A stretch of 64,000 nucleotides of DNA from Amphiscolops sp. MND2022. Lineage: Eukaryota. Position 1 is the stretch's first letter. The number at the start of each line of letters is the position of its first letter. The notes under the pieces are model-generated. The model was given only the letters and a program-made list of their open reading frames with translations. It was not told the origin of the DNA and did no database searches. Where the stretch lies: the NCBI GenBank assembly GCA_964187785.1, contig OZ076409.1, positions 11,162,001 to 11,226,000 of the forward strand, in the 5' to 3' direction. This document shows, one piece after another, positions 58,544-64,000 of the stretch. The position numbers and the translations under genes are program-made.

Positions 58544-60119
58544 AATAGAAACAAAAATCAAAATTTTCGGTATATATAAAAATATATCATAGGGGAAATA
58601 TCTATTGAAAATAGTTGTTCTATTTATATCTATATTTTGCAGTTGTTAATTTCTCCAAAAAATACGTCCAAGAACACAAACTTCTCAAGGGTGCTCGACT
58701 GAATTATTTCAAATTTCCTTCTTTGGCAGATGCGTCATATTTGCAGCTTGTTTCCTGTGGAAAATATCGAACTTAAGTGCACCCATTGGTAATGCAAATT
58801 AGATTTTCCTTTCATCATGAGAATTATAAGCAACATAGTGTGAATGACTTGCTTGCAAGCATTTCCATTCGAAAAGTAAGAAATCTTTTACATTGAGGTG
58901 TAGAGAGCGCTGGCTTGCAAAGACCTTAGGGTGAAAATATCTGAACTAAAGTTTAGTTCTCATTATTCCATGGCATAGCTGAAATCTGCAATATTGAAAT
59001 GTTTCCGCTATTTTCATTTTTCCAGTCGATTTCTATCCTTGCTTCAAGCATTTCTTGCTCGTAGAAGTGAAAAATACTTATCTATCTATCTTTAGTTCTC
59101 TCTATGCTTAATTTTGTTTTTCAGTCTCATCTTTTTACTGACTTTCTGCGGTTTCTTGCTGACATATATCGTAGAATGCTCGTTTTTTCAATTTTCTAAT
59201 TAATACAATTTTAACAAGACTCCCGCTAAACGCCGCGATATATTCAGCCCGTAACTATTTTAGCAACATGCATTGGAAACAATCGTTCAAAACTGCACAA
59301 AATTCAAGAAAATGTTCTTGGCGCCTTCCTATTTTATGCACTTCTTTGAAATGTTCAGATTTCCCTATAACTTAGTACACTATGAAAATACACTTACCAG
59401 CAAAAGGTCTGTCCTTGTCTACTTTGATATCTAGGTTTTTGGGAACGCTGAAATTGAGAAGTCTGAAAGTACTTTTTCGATAAATGCCACCAGTGCCGCG
59501 ATTTTCGACAGACCTGCTGAAACTATTGGATTTCAATTGCTGTGAAACGTTTTTCTTAGCATTACAGCAGTAGTTCAAAGATGAAAATGCGAATGAATTC
59601 TTTTTGCAGCAGTGAATTCCATGTGTAGTTTTCATTTCTGATGCTCAATTATTTCTTCACAAGATGTTTCCACATGCTTTCCTGTCTGTTTCAGTTAAAA
59701 TTCATTAAGAACAAAACTTAAGTGTAATTTCGTTGACTTTGTGGATGCAACTCTATCTTCTATATCGAAAGGGACAATATGGGCCCTCGAAAACGCTTTT
59801 ATCTCAATGGAAACAAAGAATACCCAAATTCGAAGAAAAAAAAATCGGAAAAAGTCCATGCGGAACCCCAACGATCAGAACTTTTAGGCTTGAAAAATGT
59901 TTTTTCTTGGAATTTGAAACACGGGAAAACAGAAGAGGGAATCTCTGGTGAAATAAAAATCTTTTCAAAAAGAAATCACTGCTGTAACAAGCCGGGTACT
60001 GCTCAAGTCGGCACCATATCTAAGACTCAAAAATAGCAAAAGGACTTCAAAGTGTCAAAGTATTCTCCTCTCCAGTACCCCGAAAAAGGCAAAAGTTGGG
60101 CCGAATTGGCGCGCCATGG

Positions 60120-60330
60120 GGACACTTTGAGATTTTTTATCCATTCTGTCGCAAATCATCAAAAAAATTGAAGGGGGACCCTTTGTTGAAAAAAATGAAA
60201 AAATTTCACAATCCCAAAAAAACAAAGGTGGGATCTTTTGGGATTTTTCAACATCCATTCTGTCGCAAAGATCCAAAAAAAATGAAGGGGGAGCCTTTGG
60301 GGGAATTTTTTTTCGAAAAAATCTCAGTGC
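60120..60330. repeat. Degenerate ~110-bp direct repeat (ATCCATTCTGTCGCAAA..AAAAAA.TGAAGGGGGA)
   Basis: Two copies near 60139 and 60253; probably part of an interspersed repeat. Confidence 0.6.
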
Positions 60331-63300
60331 CAAAAAAAACTGAAAGGGTCCTTTAGTGTCGCCCGGTATTGTATGTTACGCGGAAAAAAGGAAAAACCTG
60401 TGATCTGTGATCTTCTGAGAGAAAACTAATCACTGTATGCGAAAAAACTAATCCCTGTAATGGGCCTATTTCCTGTGAAATTTGCCGAATAAAATGCGGT
60501 CGAGATCAAATTCTCGCTATTCCTGTCATGAACTACACTTACCGACAGAAGCTGTGTCCCTGGGTGATTGACTCCAACTGCTTCAAAACGTTTCACGTCA
60601 ACTGAACTTGCTGATAGGAATAGTGCCTCATTATGGAAAAAAACCCTGAAAATGTTTCAAAATATTTTTGTTATCAATCTGTTATCAATTTCAACAAAAT
60701 TGAGTTTGTTTTGATGTAAACCCGTATTGATAAAATGATAATGATAATCCTTCTGTAGCTGTGTTTTTCGAAACTACCGGTTTCAAGATAGCTCATATTG
60801 CATATTTTTGTGAAAACTTTCAAAGAGATGACTGTTCACAAAACTTCTTTGAGTAAAAGTTTTTGAAAAAGCTGCATCAAAGTGTTTCAGAAACTTCCAT
60901 CCGTGTCGAGAACTTCGATAAGAAGTTTGAAAAAGCTTCATTTTCGATTGTTGTGAAACGTTTTTCTCAGCAATACCGCAGTATGATCGGTATGATGGTG
61001 ATGATCGTTCAGGATGATCTTGTGAATGAAATCTTTCTACAGTAGTAACGTTTATGTAATTTTTTTTTCGGACACTCAGTTTTTTACAAAACGTTTTCAC
61101 ACTTCCTGTTTTACCGATGACTTTCATTAAGGACAGGACTTTTATCTGCAAGTTCATGTGCGGAAAACTAAAACATATGAATGAACTAACTGAACTCGCC
61201 GGCTGAGCTAATTGGAAGCTTTATAAAAATCTGAATAAAGAATCACGTGGTGATATTCAAGTTTTCTCAATGAAACTTTCAAAGTCCGCTTGTATTGTAA
61301 TGCTCTTTGTTTCACTAAAATTTTCGGTATTGAGTTTTCAGGCAATTAGTTTTTTGGCTGTGCCGAAAATACTTTTCGAGATGTCACAATTTTGTCAATT
61401 TAAAGCAAAACGCCCGCTAAGCACCGGGATATTTTCCGCCCTGAATTATTTTAACAACCTGAACAACCTGTTTTTCAGGCTCGAGCGGAGTTAATAAAAT
61501 AAATTCATGCCGATGAGAACTTCCACAAATTTTTACAAAACATGCCGAAAAATTGAAGATTGAAACGTTTTTAGCATTTTTTTTTACTTCTGGGGCATTA
61601 TGGCGCTTTCTGATTTTAGGCATTTTTCAAGAAACGGTCAAATGTCTCCATAAACATCTATGCTCTCAACTTATTTTTTTTCGTCGTTAGAATCTGGAAT
61701 AACCTTCATCATATGTTCATGAAATTGAAGTATGTCCAAATTTGGAAAAAAAACGGCGCCCAGAGATGAATTTTTCTCATAACGAATATGGGCGGGAATG
61801 TACAAATACTTTTTTGCCCAGCAATGACAAAAATCGATTTTTTGAGCACTTGTAAATATTGGTCATGAGGTTGTGTAATTGTCAAAATTGAAGTTATAAA
61901 AATCACCTGGTAGAATTATGCGAACGAATAGTCTAAAAATTAATCTATGAATATGCTTGAAGTCAAGTTTTAGTTTCATCAGCAGTTGCCAATCATAAAT
62001 GCTCATTTTCAATTGATGTAATATGTTCAGGGCTTTTTTTACGGAAAATCTCTTAGATATGAGAGCCGAGACTATCTAAAGGAAAATGTTTTTCTCCAAG
62101 TGAAAACGTCAAATAAAAACCAAATTGGTAAAAAACGCAACATATCATGATTCCCCCCATTCGCAAATAAATTTGTGGGGGCGGAAAATAAAAACCCAAA
62201 AGGGAGTTTTAGACTCCTTGGGAACCCTTTGAAACTTAGGAGTAAGTGGACCATTCAGTATGAGGTCTGTGGTCTGACGAAAAAAATGTTGCAACTGTGA
62301 TAGTCGGTCACTGCTACAAAAAGCGCCGACTGAAAAGTGGCTATTACAGTGACAGTTGGGGAAAAATCTTACCACTGCCAAAGTCTTCGGAAACGTCGTT
62401 TCGAGTTTTTGGTTTATATAAGCATGCCGTCTAATAAAATGTGCGACATGCAATGGAATTCGTATGATTTTGTTGGTTGTGTGAAATGAAAATCTTTGAA
62501 ATGAAAAAAGTCCAACTCTAATGAAAGTGAACTTGAACTTTCCTATGTTTGGCATTATGAGTTGATGTAAACCACCGATCGAGCAGTTGAAAGTCTCCGG
62601 TGTCGACACTAATTCACTAAAATCACTGATTATCGGTGTCAAAATTTTACTTTGGGCTACTAGTTGTAGGGGTTTTGAATCAGAACTTCTGATTGTATGA
62701 TCTAAGGCAAACTTCTGGCGTGTTTCTGAAGTAGACTTCTATGTTTCTGCAATGCGGCTTGTTCGATTTATTCAGGGATCCATGAATTTCAATGCGAGAA
62801 AAACCAAACCCTTGCAAATAGGGATACCATGATAACGAGATTTTCGAAACTAGTTTAGAAAGATGCTCTATCCATGTTTGGCTAATTGGACGTTTGTTTC
62901 GGCAGGAATAAGGCAGTACATGTAATTTTGCTAATTTTCTCTGTGAACTCTAGAGACTAAAATTTTTCTTAACCGCTCCTTAGAAATTTGGCAAATTTGC
63001 GCCCGTTTGAAAAAAAAAAACGTGCAAGAAAAACATGCAAAAAGAACTGAAACATGAACAGTAGAATGTAGAATACAAACACCGGGTAAGTAGGACAGAC
63101 GAGCTGAGAAAAACGGTGTCCGGACATTACGCCCAGTAATTATAGGGACGGTAAATGACGTGCAAAAGTTGTTAAAGTAAATAACGTCCAAAAAAGGTAG
63201 TGATCTGCCACTGTCACATACCTCTGATGCTCTAAACGCAGGAGCGAAGCGGAGCGACGTGCCGTTACCGATATAGCGGCTGATTTTCGCGAGGGCCGAC

Positions 63301-63392
63301 CTCGAGGGGTGCGAAGCGCCCTGAACGAGAATGGCCGAACAATTTTTTCACAAATTATTGGGCGTAATTTCCTCTTCCCCGAGTTGGGATCC

Positions 63393-64000
63393 CAGGGCAG
63401 CCCATCGATGGACCATCGCATTCCCATCGATGGTCCGCCGACCTTTTTGCCATGGCCCATCGATGCTGAGCTCCCATCGATGGGCCCTCGCAATTTTTGC
63501 CGGGGTATAAAAAAACACCTTTCTAAGGGACTTCTATGAAAAAAGATTGGAAATAAATAATAAGAAAATAAAAGATCTGAAATATGCAAAAATTTGACCT
63601 TCAAAATACGGAAATCTGGTCAAAAATACAGTATTTTTCCACAGCAAAATTTAAAAAACCTGGTATAACTGCAAAAATACGCGTCAAAATACGACGGAAT
63701 AGAGCTTTAATAGCTGGGAAAACCATCTGCTTATAAGGAAAAAACTGAAATTAGACCTAAAATTATCCCTTTTTCTGACCGTAAATTAATCCAGCTACCC
63801 CGAAAATACCTGAAAATCTTACCCATCAAACGGCTTCAGGAAACGCGGTGCCGAAAAGCGTCATTAACGCTACCCGGGTCATTAAGGTAACCCAAACAAC
63901 CAAAAAATATGGAAGAGACACGATTATAGAAAATCAACCAAGCTTCCGGCGCAATTCGAATTTTTCAGACATGTCAGTTTTTCTCCTCCATCGATGAGCC
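63393..64000. mobile_element. Probable MITE with CCATCGATG subterminal repeats (runs off the window)
   Basis: CAGGG start; four CCCATCGATG copies at ~63400-63485; the motif recurs at the window end. Confidence 0.4.

Noticed and set aside
58600..63300. Short ORFs in the AT-rich distal region, possibly decayed DNA-element fragments
   Set aside because: No recognisable domain or consistent exon chain.

Overview
Eukaryotic (animal-type) repeat-rich window with GT-AG introns and no prokaryotic features. About 41 kb is occupied by three divergent, minus-strand, large Ty3/Gypsy LTR retrotransposons. Element A spans <1 to about 11.6 kb and has intact gag and pol. Element B spans about 11.6-26.0 kb and has a decayed pol. 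Element C spans 26313-41320, is structurally complete with ~2.3-kb LTRs and a 5-bp ATTAT target-site duplication, and has decayed ORFs. All three share an unusual architecture: (1) gag starts inside the LTR and reads through an identical primer-binding site; (2) gag-pol is joined by a -1 slippery heptamer; (3) downstream of pol lies an ANTISENSE gene encoding an apparently catalytically dead hAT-transposase-like protein, spliced with conserved intron positions in B and C, with a BED finger visible only in B; (4) B and C also carry a divergently oriented small acidic ORF with a SUMO-interaction-like motif; (5) each family has its own array of a short motif paired one helical turn apart and repeated about every 60 bp (30 GATG-N7-GATG sites in A). 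Together this looks like an LTR-retrotransposon-encoded, sequence-specific DNA-binding or anti-silencing module; the function is inference. The rest of the window holds a LINE remnant, a non-autonomous CACTA-like element, a decayed plus-strand Gypsy, a near-complete CR1/L2-type LINE with a 2A peptide, an EamA/SLC35G-like transporter gene interrupted by a hAT MITE that could splice out perfectly, and further MITEs. All alignments and counts were done by eye.
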